From Guillardia theta CCMP2712 (lineage: Eukaryota; Protista; Cryptophyta): a stretch of DNA of 46,902 bases. A model generated the notes under the pieces. It was not told the origin of the DNA. It searched no databases and worked only from the letters and a program-made list of their open reading frames with translations. Where the stretch lies: contig NW_005434660.1 in NCBI RefSeq assembly GCF_000315625.1, forward strand, positions 974,365 to 1,021,266, written 5' to 3'. Positions within the stretch are counted from its first letter, which is position 1. Each line of letters opens with the position of its first letter. The position numbers and the translations under genes are program-made. Below are positions 1 to 13,398 of the stretch, in pieces.

Positions 1-3000
1 CTTTTGAGCAAGTGGAACCCATGGACAACAAGCTCTAATACCTGCTGATCACACCGCTATGTACGCTGTTTCAATGGCAAATCTAAACTTACGACTGAAA
101 TCGAGCTATCCTGCAGAATAGTCTGTTGCGGATTAGAAAAATTCTCATCACCCCCATCCTGCTGCTCCTCCTCCTCCTCCTCCTCCTCCCCCTCCTCCTT
201 CTTCTCCTCCCCACTGCCGACGTCCAACACTGATCCGTCCAGCTTGCCCTTGCTCGCATTCTTGTCACCAGTTGCCTCCCTCTTCTGACCTCGCTGGCGC
301 AGACGTTCTTTCCTCACAATATCGATTCTGCTCAGAGTGAAACGATTAGACGCATCCGAGACCTGCAAACTTTATTCAGGGTGCAAGAGAAGAGGAGGAG
401 GAGAGGAGAGGAGAGGAGGGGGCAGGAGGGGAGGGGAGAACGGAGGGCAGGAGAGGAGGAGAAGGAGGAGAAGCAGCAGGAGCAAAAGCAGCAGGAAGAA
501 GAGCAGGAGCAGCAACAGGAGAAGGAGGAGGAGGAGGAGGAAGAGGAGGAGGAGGAGGAGGAGGAGTAGGAGGAGGAACAACAGGAGGAGGAGGAGGAAG
601 GCTTTTAAACCTCAACAGACAAGTCAGTGGATAGAGATCGCGAGTGTTTCGCCTCGTAGTCCAGGGCGACCAGGCAATCGTCCTTGTGGTGAGGGCAATC
701 TTGCTTCTGATGTGACGACTGCGCCTGCTGCCAAACATAACGGTGAGTTTCACTGACTGATCAGATGAAAGCAGATACGAGATCAAGCAACGTCTCTTTT
801 CACTTTCACCTCCTCGCCCCTACATCATTCTCTCACTGCCTCCCCTTCTTTGTTTGCCCTTCTCAATCTTCTGCTCTGCTCTGCTCTGCTCTGCTCTTCT
901 CCCCTCCCTCCCCATCTTCTTATTCCTCTCCCCTCGCCTCCATCATACCTTCTTTTCCAACGCAGAGGACAGAGCGTCTTCAAGCGCATTCGTCGTTCTC
1001 TTCCTCCTTGAGTTTCCTTGTTTCTCGCCTCCCTTGTCACTTGCTCCCTCCTCCTTCTCGCTCCCCGCAAACCTCCTGCTCCTGTCACTCCATCTCGAAT
1101 TCCGAATGTTTGCAAGCAGCGGCAACGACGGCCAGTCCGTGTCCTCCATACCTCCTCCTCCTCCTCCCCCACCTCCGCCTGAAGCACTCTTCTTTCCTGT
1201 ACCCTTCCCCGCGCTCCGACCATTTCCATCACCCCTGCCCTCCTCCTGGGAGTTAGAGGACGCGAGAATTTCCCCATCCCTCGTCTCCTCTGCCTTCTGC
1301 GCGATCTTCTGGAAGAAACAAGGAGATTCGCAGCCTTCAGGTTGAAACCCTTCTTCTTCCTTGTACGCCTCCCTCGGCCCGAGGACGTACAGCCGGCAGC
1401 ACAGCAGCGGCCGACCGTCTTTCATCCTGACCTTCCTCAACTCAGCAGTCCTCCTCCTCCTCTCACTCGCATCCCCCCCCTCCTCCCCCTCCTCCATCTT
1501 CCTCTCTTCGCTCCTCCTGCATTTCAATGGGAGGCACAGGAATTCCCTCCCAACCTCCGCCATCTCCTTCTCGCACTGCTCGTAGAAACGATGATTCGAG
1601 GCAAGGAAGGTGAACGGGTCCTCCCTCTCCTTTCTCCTCCTCCCGCACCCCGAGAAGCTCGAGAACGTCAGTCCACTCCTACACCCATCCTCCTGTAAGC
1701 AGGAGGCGGCAGCGTGAAGGCAGGGGAGAAAGTTGAAGGAGACTCGCTCGCACTGACGTTTCTCCTCCTTCCATTGCAGGTCGCACAGAGACAGGAGGCA
1801 ACTCAGGTGCTCCCGCCGTGCTGGCCCCCTGCTAAGGCTGCTGAAGACAGCTATCGCTCGCTTCTTCCTCCTCTCATGCTCCTCCTTCCTGTACAACTTG
1901 GGGGCTCCTCGCAGATACTCCGACAGGCCTTTCCTTGCTGCTTCCCTGCAGCACCTGACAGAAACTTCTTGATCCGCCCATAGCCCACCTGCCAACTCCA
2001 TCGAGACATCTTCGATCATGACGTTCCCCCTCTCCTCCTCCAACTTGTCTGCCCCCTGCTCCTCCCCGCCGCCCGTGGAGGAGGTGGTGCTGGCAAGAGC
2101 CTTCCTGGCCTTCCTCGCATAGTTTGAGCGCCAAATCTCTCCATCCACTGGGGTCACTCTGAGTTTTGGAGGAGGATGAGTACTGAAGGACAGGATGGGG
2201 ATAGAGGAATCCAGATGAGCGGAGAGGAAGGAGGAGAAGGAGAAGGAGGAGGGGAGATCGTCTCCCCACCCATCATTCTTCTGATTGGAGGACCCGTCCG
2301 CAACCTCCTCACTGATCTGCATGTACATGTCCAGTATGTCCTCCATCCGTTTCTTGTTGCTCTCCAGAAGGACATTTTCATCCTCCAAGATGTGAAGACA
2401 CTTGTCAGCCGAAAGAGCGAAGAGCGCCTGCGCTCAATCATCCTCCTCCTTCACTCTCCTCTCCTCCACCCTCTCCCTCGATCTCCTGCCCATCTCTCCC
2501 TCCCACCTCCATGACTCTCTCCTCCTTTCCTCCTCTCCCCCTTCCTCCTTGTCCCTCACCTTGTAACTCGGTCTGAGGAGACAGCCCGAGCTGATGAGCA
2601 GCTGGCGGATCTGAAGGACAAGGGGCGTCACGCCAGAGAGAGCACAGGGAGGAGAAGGAAGGAGAAGGAAGGGGGAGTTGAATATCGAGGAAAGAAAAGT
2701 AGGAGCGAAGAGGAGGGAGGGAGGAGGAGGAAAGAGGGCGGAGGGTGGAGGGGAGACGAGAGGAGGGAGGAGGGAGGAGGGTGGAGGGGAGACGAGAGGA
2801 GGGAGGAGGGAGGAGGGAGGAGGGAGGAGGGAGGAGGGAGGAGGGAGGAGGTAGGAGAGAGGAGAGAGGAGGAGGAAGGAGGAAGAAGTAGGGAGGAATG
2901 AGGAGGGAGGAATGAGGAGGGAGGAGGGAGGGAGGGGAGGGAGGGGGATGGAGGACTGCAATGCTCACTTGGGCATCGAGCGCCTTTTCGAGTCGCAGCA

Positions 3001-4664
3001 AGTTTGACGAGATCTTCGGGTTGACACTTTTTTTCCGCTGCACAAGCGTGAGAGGGATGGAGGGGTGCGAGGGTGGCGACGGCAAGTACCACGAGGAAAG
3101 ACAAGCAGGGAACCACATCCACCAAGACTGAAAGGCGAGCGACAATCGTGTCGTCGTCAATGATCCTGCCTCTTACCCTCGCTGTGTTTTGTCTGTTGCC
3201 CGGGAGCTGTTCTTCTGCCTCAACCATGAACCGCTTTATCATCACAGCCTGACTTCGCGTCAGTTGCCTCGCAAGCTCTGGGCAGGGAGAAAAAGGACAA
3301 GAGAGTTCGAGAGAGAAAGGATAACCCTGGATGATTCACCTTTGCTGATTGCAGCGATCGGAGGATGGAAAGAAGGTGAGGAGGGAATCTGAAAAAAATT
3401 CAAAGATTATTTGCCAACGTCATTGTGCGCACCTCGGTCCCTCCAGGCAGAAGAACACGCACTGCGCACTTAAGAAGATCGTGAGCAGACACGATCGCCA
3501 TGCATGTTCCTGTGTCATGAAGCAATGAGACAGCAATCACAACCTGTGCAGCATTGAAACACCTGTTGCTCAGATGCAAAGTACGCTTCGTCGTCCTTGC
3601 CTGGAAACAGCAGCAGCGTTCAGCGGAGGAAGCAACAATTTCAAGGAGGGAACCAAGAGAAAGCAGAGTCTCTTGAGATGGGAGATAGAGATAGATCACA
3701 GGTCCTGCCCGTCCGTTGGATACATATCCTTCGATCCTTGGCATGATCTGAGGTTTGCAGAGATCCAGTGTTCTCCTGGATAGTCGTCAATATAACATCT
3801 TCTAGGTCAGTGAACATCACACGTTCCCCGTCACACCGCACCAAATCAAACCTCTCCAGTCGAGAACGAATGTTTCACCTTTGTTGCTCTTGCGCAAGCC
3901 GGAGAAACTTTCTCGTGCTGAGTCTTCCATTGCTACCCTCTCTGTCTCCCTCCTCCTCCTCCTCATCATCATCATCATTCTCATCCTTATCCTCATCCTC
4001 ATCCTGTTTGTAGTGGTTGTTATGTCTCCTACGTAGCAGAAGAAAACAAGAGAACCTCAGGGATGAAGACCGGGATAGGAGGGACCGCATTCTCTTCGAG
4101 ATCTATAGCTGTACACTCATCCAAAAATGCCGGACGCTGTCAAACACTTTCAATCCATCGCAATATGCTCATACACCCAATCGGTGTTGACAGTGCATAC
4201 CTCACTGCCCTCAATATTGACGAGGCCAACAACATGGTACTTTCCAGGCAGAAGTCCTGAGAGGAAGAAGATTCATGCTCCGATGATAGAAGACATAGTC
4301 ATTGGACACCTTTGGGGTTGACTTTTAGGCTGAATGTTTCAAGTTTCAACAGGGATATGAAGTCAGCCGAGAAGGGTCACATCAAGCTTTTCCAATTCTC
4401 ACATCTTCTTCTCGTCTTCGTCATTCTCCTCTTTCTTTTCACCAACCTGGTCGCACAACATGTCCATATCACAGCGTTCTCCACAACCTCCGACTTGTAC
4501 CTGGTCTGTGTCGGGCATGAAAGGTTGTACTCCCACCAAGTGGCTGAGTTTGCCCGTCGTGTTCATTGAAGTTTGCAGCATGTACTGGACGAGTTCTTGA
4601 GGTATTTCTTGAGCCTACCTCGACCACCTCCACTGCTATATCTGCCTCCTCATTGCGCGCATGA
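1..4664 (-). CDS. SMG8: SMG8-like nonsense-mediated decay factor (multi-exon; 3' end runs past the left edge; 5' exons tentative)
   Basis: ORF 943-2388 has SMG8-like segments in the expected order: LYRKEEHERRKKRAIAVFSSLSRGPA, CDLQWKEEKRQCERVSFNFLPCLH, SFSGCGRRRKEREDPFTFLASNHRFY (cf. SMG8 CNCGR..R.DPF...AN..FY). Later exons give CLVALDYE (cf. FVGFEYE) and SVVSLDLPL (cf. ILNSDMPL). The exon near 3570-3745 gives EGYV...VIYLYL. Joining the 3800-4664 exons to this gene is uncertain. Confidence 0.75.
386..600. repeat. (AGG/AGC)-rich low-complexity tract, probably intronic in the SMG8-like gene
   Basis: Runs of gaggag/agcagg; they explain the poly-L/P/E/R ORFs in the track. Confidence 0.85.
2640..2955. 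repeat. GA-rich low-complexity tract with (GGAGGGA)n, intronic
   Basis: Almost pure G/A on the + strand, with an internal duplication of ggagggtggaggggagacgagaggagggaggagg. Confidence 0.85.
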
Positions 4665-4972
4665 ATCCTTGTGACTGATCTTCGTTCATTTCCGATCTCG
4701 CAAGGAGCTTGCTGGGATCATTCAACATTGTGCCCAACCCTTGCTTGCAAATATCATCCCCCGCTCTCCCCCCCCCTCTCCTCCTCTCCTCTCTCCTCTC
4801 TCCTCTCTCTCTCTCTCCCCCTCTCCTCTCTCCTCTCTCCTCTCTTCCTCTCTCTCCCCCCCCCTCTCCTCTCTCCTCTCTTCCTCTCTCCTCTCTTCCT
4901 CTCTCCTCTCACTTTCCTTCCTCCCCCATCCGTCTTGCCACCCGCATGCCTTCGTGCATTCCTCCTTAATAA

Positions 4973-4993
4973 TTTTACTTAACTTTGAGTAAA
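4973..4993 (+). repeat. Dispersed motif copy 1 (TTTTACTTAACTTTGAGTAAA)
   Basis: Matches copies at 17227, 17850, 18387, 20976(-) and 44816. Followed by a CCCGGG/GGGCCC cluster at 5013-5033. Confidence 0.8.
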
Positions 4994-5364
4994 TGGATCG
5001 GAGGCTACTGAACCCGGGAACCGGGCCGGGCCCTTCCGACACTAAGATGCTCGTAACAAATCCGCCCCAGAGAGATAGATAGAGAGAGAAAAAGGCAGCG
5101 TCAACTTCTACCCCAAATTACTAGGGAAAGACTTGAAGTACTTCACTACCTTTGCGCCTCGCCCTCATACTCACTGTCGTGTCTCTTGGCTGCCATGCTG
5201 CAGGCTGAGCTATCGCCGCCAACTCGCAGTCGCCTTAGCTGTCTCGCAGCCATGCTGTCCTTGCGTTCCTGAACAAGTGCCTGCTCCTCTGCTCGTCTTC
5301 CCTTACCCTTGCGCTCCTCTAGTCCTCCCACCCTCTCTGTCTCTCCTTCACCGGACATTCCTCC

Positions 5365-8300
5365 ATGGCCGTTTCTTTCACGCTTGTGAGGGCGAGCCTC
5401 GCCCTCTTCCTTCTCTTGCTTTACGCAGAGGCTGGCGAGCCAGGAGAGCGCAAGATCAAGACCTTCATCAGCAGCCTTGACAACGACGACATCAAGAAGC
5501 CGCACGAGATCGCGGACTTGAAGGAGAGCAGCTTCAAGAAAATCGAGCCAACTACCGAGTTCGGGCCCCTGGCAGATCAGCGCGAATTCAACGAGTTTGT
5601 CAAGGCAGGAGAGCTCGCCTGTGATGGACCCAACTGTCCTTACCGCCAGGCGATTCTTCCAGGAAGCAGAGGGCGGGTAGGGTCATACTTCCCGCTCGAT
5701 CCCGTTAAGAAGGAGAAGAAACTGGTCGAACACCTCATCTCCTCCCTCGGCCCTCCCTGTGCTGTCATGTGCAACAGGACGCAGGTGGACAAGAGCGCTC
5801 ACACCGTCCTGCTGGCATCCGCGGGCAAACTCCAAGATTGCATCACGGCATGTGAAGGCGACAAGAAGCAGCGGGTAGAGAAGCTCTTGTCAGAGATTGA
5901 TCGTGTGCGCGCCAAGAATGCAGAGGCCGTGGAGAATAGGCCTTCGTCCTACTCGAAGCCCATCAGCTCCACCAGCTCACTGGAGGCGCCAGCAAGCACC
6001 TACTATGACGAGAACGAGCTTCACTGCAGCGTGTCCGAGAGGACGAGGGTTACTTGCAACCTTTGCCATGGATCCAGCGCGTTCAGGTTCCGCGGGTATC
6101 GAGTGGAACTGGCGTTCCCCAACGAGCAACGCTTTGTGCCCTCCTATCCCTTCTCTTCTCCAGCTGATCAGAAGCAGCTTCGAGATTTTCTCAGCCGGGT
6201 GTCCCCTGACTCGGTCAACACGTTCAGCCTGTCGCCGTCTCAGGACTCCATCTGCCTCTCCTGCAATACTCCCCCCATGGTGTTTGACGCCCTGGCGCGG
6301 GTTGGTCTCAACCTGACTGTGTTCGGGAGCGAGCGAGGCTACGGGCTGAGCGGGACTTGGACTTTCATGAGAGGGCTGAACAACGAGTACAAACTGACGA
6401 GCACCCCTGTCCTTGCTTTCCGCCTTCATCCCCATCCCATTCCCCGCGAGGAAGGGAGAGAAGAGAGAGCGATCTCTGTGATCTGGTCGCAATCGTACCA
6501 CCCATGGGATGAAGCTACGACCCTCGTCCCGCATCTTCACGTGCACGACGCTGTCGGCGTTCTTCGGTTGCAGGGAGACATCCAGTTCGACCGACCGGGA
6601 GCTCAGAATTCTCTGCGCAAGATTCACGCCTACATCAATGGGTCGTTGGTGTTCGGAAAGCAGAAGATGCCCATCGTCGCGCAACAGCCTCTTGACTCCC
6701 CTCAAGGAGTGGCCCAAGGCAGTTTTCATGGCAGTTTGACCGCTTCCGAGGTTCTCGCCGGGTTTGACTGCCATTCGGCTGCCCTTACAGGAGCTCCACG
6801 TGAGAATTGCGATCCGTTCCCAGCTGGTGAGGTGCATGAGAGGCTGAGCAGCATGAACCTGCAGTTTGCGACGTTGAGCGATGTTCAACTGCTCGCTCGC
6901 TACTACACAGACGGTGCCGAGAACGTCTTCTACAAGCTAGACGGGACTCTCTCCCTCTGGCCCGACTGCTCCTCCACCATCTTCTCTACCTTCCAGCATC
7001 GTTCGTCCTCTCTTCGCGATCTGGTCTTTGTATGGATCATGAATTTTCATGCTTCATCGAGCAAGACGGTCATGGAGATGGTCGCGCACCTGACTGGCTC
7101 CGCAGCTTCAGCAGACTGGACGCGATTCGACCTGCACGACATGTCTCTGATCGTGTCAAAGACTCCCTACGACTTCTCGGACGCTCCCATGCAGCTTCCT
7201 CTCCTCGTGAACCGCGTTGGTGCGGGTGTGACCATGACTGTGACTCTGTCCCTCAAGCCCGAGGATCCAGTGGGTCGGCTGCTGCTGCCCATGATGGAGC
7301 GCGAGAGGCTGAGTGACGGTCGGAGGGACGTCACCATGACAGGAGCCTTGCATGATGGCAAGATGGCTCTGACTGCGCCGTTGGGAGACTTGACGCTTGG
7401 AGGAGGCTCGACGCTCTCTGACGCTTCTCTGAGGATCGAGCAGCGCCAGTCAGGCGACTCGTCGGAGTTCTCGGCGGGTCTGACTGGAGTTGTGGTGATC
7501 CCCCTCAATGGCCTGAGGTCCCAAAGCTTCAGAGCTTATCTTGCCCTCCAGTTCGCTGATGACGGCGAGCCGCACCTCGAGCTCGTTGGGTCGCTGCCGT
7601 CAGCCATCAAGGAGTTCCTGGGGTATGACAGCACGAGTCTGAGATTCGTGGTGGTTCGCACTCCCTTCTTCTCCTCCAAGGTCTCCTCCTTCATCGCCGA
7701 AGCTGTCCTCTACGCGGGCCCTGCATGTCAAGATCACAAGAAGCCGCAAAGATGCCTCGATGCTCGAGTGGTAGCTGGGCTCAGCGCCAGGGACTCTCGT
7801 CAGGACATGCTGGCGGGCAGCTTTGGTAGTGTTGATCTCCGGGATGTGCTCAGCGTGTACGGTGGCTCCTCTCTCGCGAAGGTTCCTGCTTGGCTCCAGC
7901 TGGCCTCCTTCAAGGGAGGCGCGAATTTCACACTGGCACGGCTCGACCACACAATCCCCGGGTCGTCCAACAACTTTCACAGTGTGCCAGCAGGATTCTG
8001 TGGTGAGGGCAAGCTTGACATCTTGGGAGAGGAGGGAGAGGCGAAGTGGGTGGTGGATCCCAGCACTGGAGCAGCTCTGGTCAACATCGACATGCCCCGC
8101 GTCTCTCACGGGCAGATCGAGCTGGGACAGGACAACAGCCCTCCCCTCCTCAAGTTGCATGTCGATCCCCAGCACGACTCCAGCTCGGCTTGGCTGCAGG
8201 GGCTGCTGCGAGTCGGGTCCCTCCTCAAGCCGGTGGTCTTCGAGCTTCAAGGGGCCGAGTGGCGATCCGCGTTCTCAGCCCGATACGGCGAGGCAGGCCT

Positions 8301-8681
8301 GCCACTCCTTGCTCGCGCGTCCATCCCAGCCAAGGCATGGAAGCAGTCGGCCATCAGCCTGAGTCTCCTGCTGGCCCCCGAGGGTGTCAAGTCGCTGACG
8401 CAGCAGCTGCAGCAGCAGCTCCAGATCCTCTGTCAGGTCCAGCCCGCGGGTTGTGGTGGGAAGGTGCTGAAAGAGCCGCCCGTGGCAATCTGCCGCATCA
8501 AGTTCGCCACGTTGCACTCAGACGCGACCCCGAGGATGCTGGCGGAAGCGACGGCAGAAGTTGATGTTGCGATCTCAGGTCGACGCCACAAGTTCACTGA
8601 GCAGCTGAAGCTCGACGACATGCACGAGACTGCCAGGAAGTTGGCGACTTTCATCGTGTCAAAGAACCTCCTGGGAAGAGA

Positions 8682-8717
<36 letters not shown>

Positions 8718-9435
8718 AGGAGCAGGAGGAGACTCTGTTGCAGCATGCGATCGTGCCGAAGACTTTTCGGCCCTATACCTCGGCCAACGAGCTTCAACGA
8801 TCCCCTTCTCCTCCCTCGCTACCCCTGAGTCTTTGCGCAATGCACTGAAGCTCGACAACTTGCCCATCGTCAGCCGGGGAGAGGACGCGGAGCTTCCTGA
8901 CTCGATCTCCCTGAAGCTTCTCGAGCAGCGGAGGAAGGCGGCCGAGCGCTACGAGGATGAGCAGCGAAGAGATGCGAGGAGGAGAGATGAGTCCGTGAGA
9001 CGCCCGGGAAATGGCGAGAAGGATGGGAAGCAGGAGGAGAGACAGAAGGAAAAGCTGCAAGCGCCTGTCACCACGAGCTTCTCCGACAAGACTTGGATCT
9101 CAACTGCCCTCGAACCTTCGCCCTCCTCCTCCACGGTCTCTGCGTTGCACCATCGAACCCAAGGAGCTGACAAGAGCTCGGAGAAGGAGGAGCTTCAACG
9201 GTACCTGAACAAGAGCAAGGAGCTGAGAAGTTCCGTGCGGTCTCGTCTGGACGAGCTCAGGAAGTCGATGCAGAGCCTGCGAAGAAGAGCGATCGGGAGC
9301 AAGCAGAAGGCAGTGGAGCTCGAGAGCGCGAGGAGACAGAGAGGAAGTGGAGTAGCTAAGGGGGGAGGAAAGTCTATGGTAGCCGGGGAAATGCGTCAAC
9401 TCGATGGTCTCAATGCGATGGCACATGCTGTCTGA
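5365..9435 (+). CDS. Intronless 1356-aa secreted protein of unknown function
   Basis: Uninterrupted 4-kb ORF. Signal peptide MAVSFTLVRASLALFLLLLYAEA, long beta-strand-like middle region, (GA)n linker from a GGAGCA repeat at ~8682-8730, and a charged coiled-coil-like C-terminus. Confidence 0.85.
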
Positions 9436-9662
9436 TCTGGAGGAGGAGGAGGAGGAGGAGGAGGAGGAGGAGGAGAGGACGACAACAGAAGTAGTCTTTG
9501 ATTATTGTTTCTCTAACAGCAGATTTTGTTTACATGGTCCGTAAGATCTACTGCGTTTGTGTTCTAAATAATAGCACCAGGACGTGTGGGGTGAAGAAAA
9601 AACGAAGGGAAAGGGAGGGGGCGAAGATGGTGGAGCAAAAGGGAGAGCGTCTTCGAGAAAGT

Positions 9663-12091
9663 TCAGGGAGTCTCTTCTAAGGCTGCGAGCGCCATGGACG
9701 TAGCGAGGTCGTCGGTCGTATCCATGGATGACTCCAGCTCTCCCCGACCTCCTGACGAGTCAGGCGTCATCGACTTCTTCTGCTTCCTGCTCTACGCGTC
9801 AGTTCCCCTCCATCTCCAGCTGTCGCTCACCTCCCCCCTCTTCGTCCTCTCGCACGAGTCTGGCAGGGCTCATCCCCTGCGTAGCATATCCTCTGCATGC
9901 GGCCCTCTCCCTCCAAGTCGCCTCCCATGCTCGTCGGCAGGCCCAACGGCTCGCCGAGGTGCTGCAGCATCATGTCCGAGCTGGTGGAGCGGCAGAAGGG
10001 GCTCCTCTGCTCTCCGATCGCCTGGGACGTGCTCGAGAAGTATCTTCCAGGGAAGTAGCGACCGTCGGCAGGTGATGTCTCGGCCGTGCTGCTTCCTCCT
10101 CCTGTCTCTGAACCGAAGTAGAGTCCAGGTCGCGGCGGGGACTTGGTGGACGACAGCGCAGGAGACTTGGAGGCATCGAAGGCGCTGAAGAGACGTTCCT
10201 CGTCCCCCACAGCCAATTGCTTCAGGTCAAGACGCTCTCTTGCTCGCTCTTCGTATCCCCTCGCTCTGCTCAGTTGAGGGCTGTTGGTCGCCCTCTGGTT
10301 CGCTCGCTCCATGTCCTTAAGCCTCCCTCGAACGGCATTGACTTCTTCTTCCAGCACCTGCTCTTGGATCAGAGCCCCGCAAAGCAAAAATAAAGGCGCT
10401 GCTACCTCTGCAGCCTTCTCCGCCGCAGCTTTCTCCCTGGTGACCTTGTAGATCTTCTTTTCTGCTGCTTCCATTTCGGCCTGCCATTGTACCGAAAGCT
10501 GCTCTAGTTGCTGAACCTTGCTCCTCATCTCTTCGAGCTCTTGCTTAGTGTAGTGCAGATCCAAAGCCTGAGAATGGATATGAACATTTAAAAACAGAAT
10601 CAGAGCATCAGCCGACCTGGGAAGTCAAGTCTCTTGCCGACTGATCTCGTTCCATGCGAGATTGATCATTCCTTTGGCGCATCTCTTCCAACAGCCTCTG
10701 CAAATTCTCTACTGCTGCCTTCTCATGCTGTAGTTTTGCTTCCAGCGCAGAATTTCGAGCTTCAAGGTCTTGAATCTGCATAGCTTTCAAGTCCTCTCGC
10801 GGCTCCTTGCCGGCAATCTTTTCATCATTGCCATCAGCCTTTGCCAAGGTGTACAGAATGTTGAAGGCTTTGAACGCCGGATTCACATGGCTTGGAAAAC
10901 GAGGAGCGAAAACGACGCAGGCAGTGATCAGCATAAACGAAGTTGCAAATCCGAGGATGAAGCTCATCTGAAACGACATTCCCCTAGAACACGGACTTGG
11001 CTTTCCTGCGGTTGATTTCTCTGCAGTGGTTTCTGAGCAAACTTTGCAAATGGATGAGATCTCGTTGCCGCAAATCTCGTGAGAGGGAATTTCTTGCCTC
11101 TGAAGCATGGAGTCACCAACCAAGTGAACACATAAAGTATGCATTACCGGATATTCCGCCATCTGCTCTTTGGAAGCCGAAGGCATGCCAAGGTCACTGA
11201 GATCTGCCTTGTTCTTTCTTGGCTTGTCTGCAGCTTCAGAGGCATCATGAGCACGTGGATAGCCTTTCGGCGTCAATGCTTCCCGGGCCACAAGTTTTCC
11301 CTGTGACTCCAGTCCTGTACCTGGCTCTGGTGACGCGGAGATTTTCCACCTGCAAAGGTCCTCCTCACCACACTCCTCCAAGGCCGCCTCCCTCGCATGT
11401 TGAGCGGAAGAAATCTTGCAGGCTGGATCTTTGCATGCTTCGCCTTTCTTAGTCCGTCTCAAGGTGGCTGTAACACGATACTCTGCATCGATCCTTCGCT
11501 CATTTTCGAGCAAGGCATTGCTTCCTTTCTCAGAGAAGGGGCTGTCTTGAACATAATTGCATACGCCAATGTACCAACGACCCGGTGACAAATGTTCTGA
11601 TGTCACCACGACTCCATGGTGATCGCCTTGTTTTTTGAACTGCAGGAGAAGTGAGTCGGAACAACAAAACACGAGCAGAAACGAGAGGTGAAAGAACAGC
11701 ATGAATGCAAGCCAAGGCAAACAGCAATATCTATTGGCACCTGATAGTAACTTGCATAGTTGTGTTCGTCTTCAAGTGAGTGACGTAAAATGGGCGAGGC
11801 CTTAACCAACAGAAAAAGTTTCGTGGAGCTGCTGTCAAGATCCACGACGAGGTTGTATCCAACGCTTGTGACATTAATGAAATAGTTATGGCAAGAACTT
11901 GAAAAAACTCTGCCGGTAACTTGTTGCCCGCTGTTCAAGCTGCCGAGCACCGACGATTTGTACGAAAGAATATTATCTTCCATCGACTCAATGCCGAGGA
12001 ATCCCACCAGCAGCAAACATATCTTCAAAGTGCATCTACATAACATTGGTAGATTCATGTTCGCTGCAATAGGTTTTGCGATCCCAAACAT
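9663..12091 (-). CDS. Multi-exon type I membrane protein: signal peptide, PPC-like beta-sandwich ectodomain, one TM helix, cytosolic coiled coil
   Basis: ORFs 11603-12091, 10608-11720 and 9827-10564 can be joined by GT-AG introns. Hydrophobic N-terminus (KICLLLVGFLGI); HNYFINV..NLVVDL and LSPGRWYIGVCNY (PPC-like); TM FQMSFILGFATSFMLITACVVFA; heptad-rich region afterwards. Last exon reads ...MALAALEETP-stop at 9663. Confidence 0.7.
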
Positions 12092-13398
12092 TCAAATATC
12101 CTATAAAGCCTGATTCATTCCTGCAGAAACAGAGGTCACCTACGGAACTTCAAGCTCACGAAGAGTTAGCAACCCTGCTGCCCGAATGCTCGCCTATCGA
12201 GAGATCACTCACCCTCTATTTCATGACTCTCCACTCACTACATGCTACATGCTTACTTGCACCCACAAAATACCCCATCTACCTCGACTCTTATTCCTAG
12301 CATACCTCATCGCATTCCCCCTGCCCTCCCCCGCCCCATTCGCTCAAATCTTTCTTCTTCATGAAGACTGGATATCCTAATCCTGGCTTGTTCTCGTTCT
12401 TCATTTCAGCATAGTCTCTGTCCTCCCCTGCTCCATCGTCGATGCTGCTTTTCTAGTTCCTTTCGCTTCCTCCTCCTCCTCCGCCCCCCCCCCTTCATTT
12501 TCGCCTTCTTTCCTAACCAACAACTGACATCTCATCCAGCCGCCCCCTGACACCCCCCCCACCCCTAGTCATCTACCCCACCCTACTTCATCAACAGCCA
12601 CCATTTATAGTACCCCTAAAATGACACCATAAAATTCCTAAAAGGACCCGTATGAATGTCTCCAAATCTGAAACACCGGTAGAAAGTCGCCCCCGTTGAC
12701 TACCCCACCTTTTCTGGTCACCAACCAGCATGCCACACACGGACCCACCCAACTTCTTCAAGTTTAACCCCTACCCGGTAAAAATTGCCCAGCTCCTTCA
12801 TTACCGTCCACTACCCACCCCCTTTGTAGAGGAAAAAGACTTCTCATGACCCCTGGTTGAATTCTCCGATAGACAAAAGCGTACTACCCACCCTTGTAGT
12901 TCATAAGAAGTCCACCCCTACCCCTAGTAAATGGAGATGTACCGAACTGGCCCTCTGCTTCAAGGCTAAATTTAGAATCTATTTTGGAAAAGATGTGTTT
13001 TCATCATTGAAAAGCTGTCTTTCTAGTGCAGATTGGGACGAGATTGATCTAGATGGGTTCATAAAAATTGTAATGTAAGAAATAAGATATAGCTAATATA
13101 GTTTCAGGTCGTGTCTGGGTAATTGTATTTAGCTGGACTCTTTAAATTAGGAATTTTGCAACATGCCCAAGGAAATTTCAGCGAACGCGATTGGGTGGCG
13201 AGAAGAGAAGGCGAGGAGGGAGGAGAGAAACTGAGACCCTACACAAGAACAAGTGAGACCCTACACAAGAACGGCAACGAGGAAGTGTTTCTTTCCCTCG
13301 AAGTGAAGGCGAGGAAGCTGCAAGTGTAGATTTCGCGGGGCGAGAGGAGGATGCGTGGAACTACTGCATCACAGGGGAGCAAGTGAGGAGCTCGTGCC

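Noticed and set aside
337-1345. Poly-Arg/Leu/Pro/Glu ORFs on both strands (also near 2434-3245, 4671-5042, 30510-30956, 31195-32080)
   Set aside because: They arise from stop-free simple repeats or are antisense shadows of real exons.
5897-9426. Overlapping alternative-frame and antisense ORFs within the 1356-aa gene (likewise within the ARM and PDE genes)
   Set aside because: Expected in GC-rich coding DNA; no recognisable motifs.
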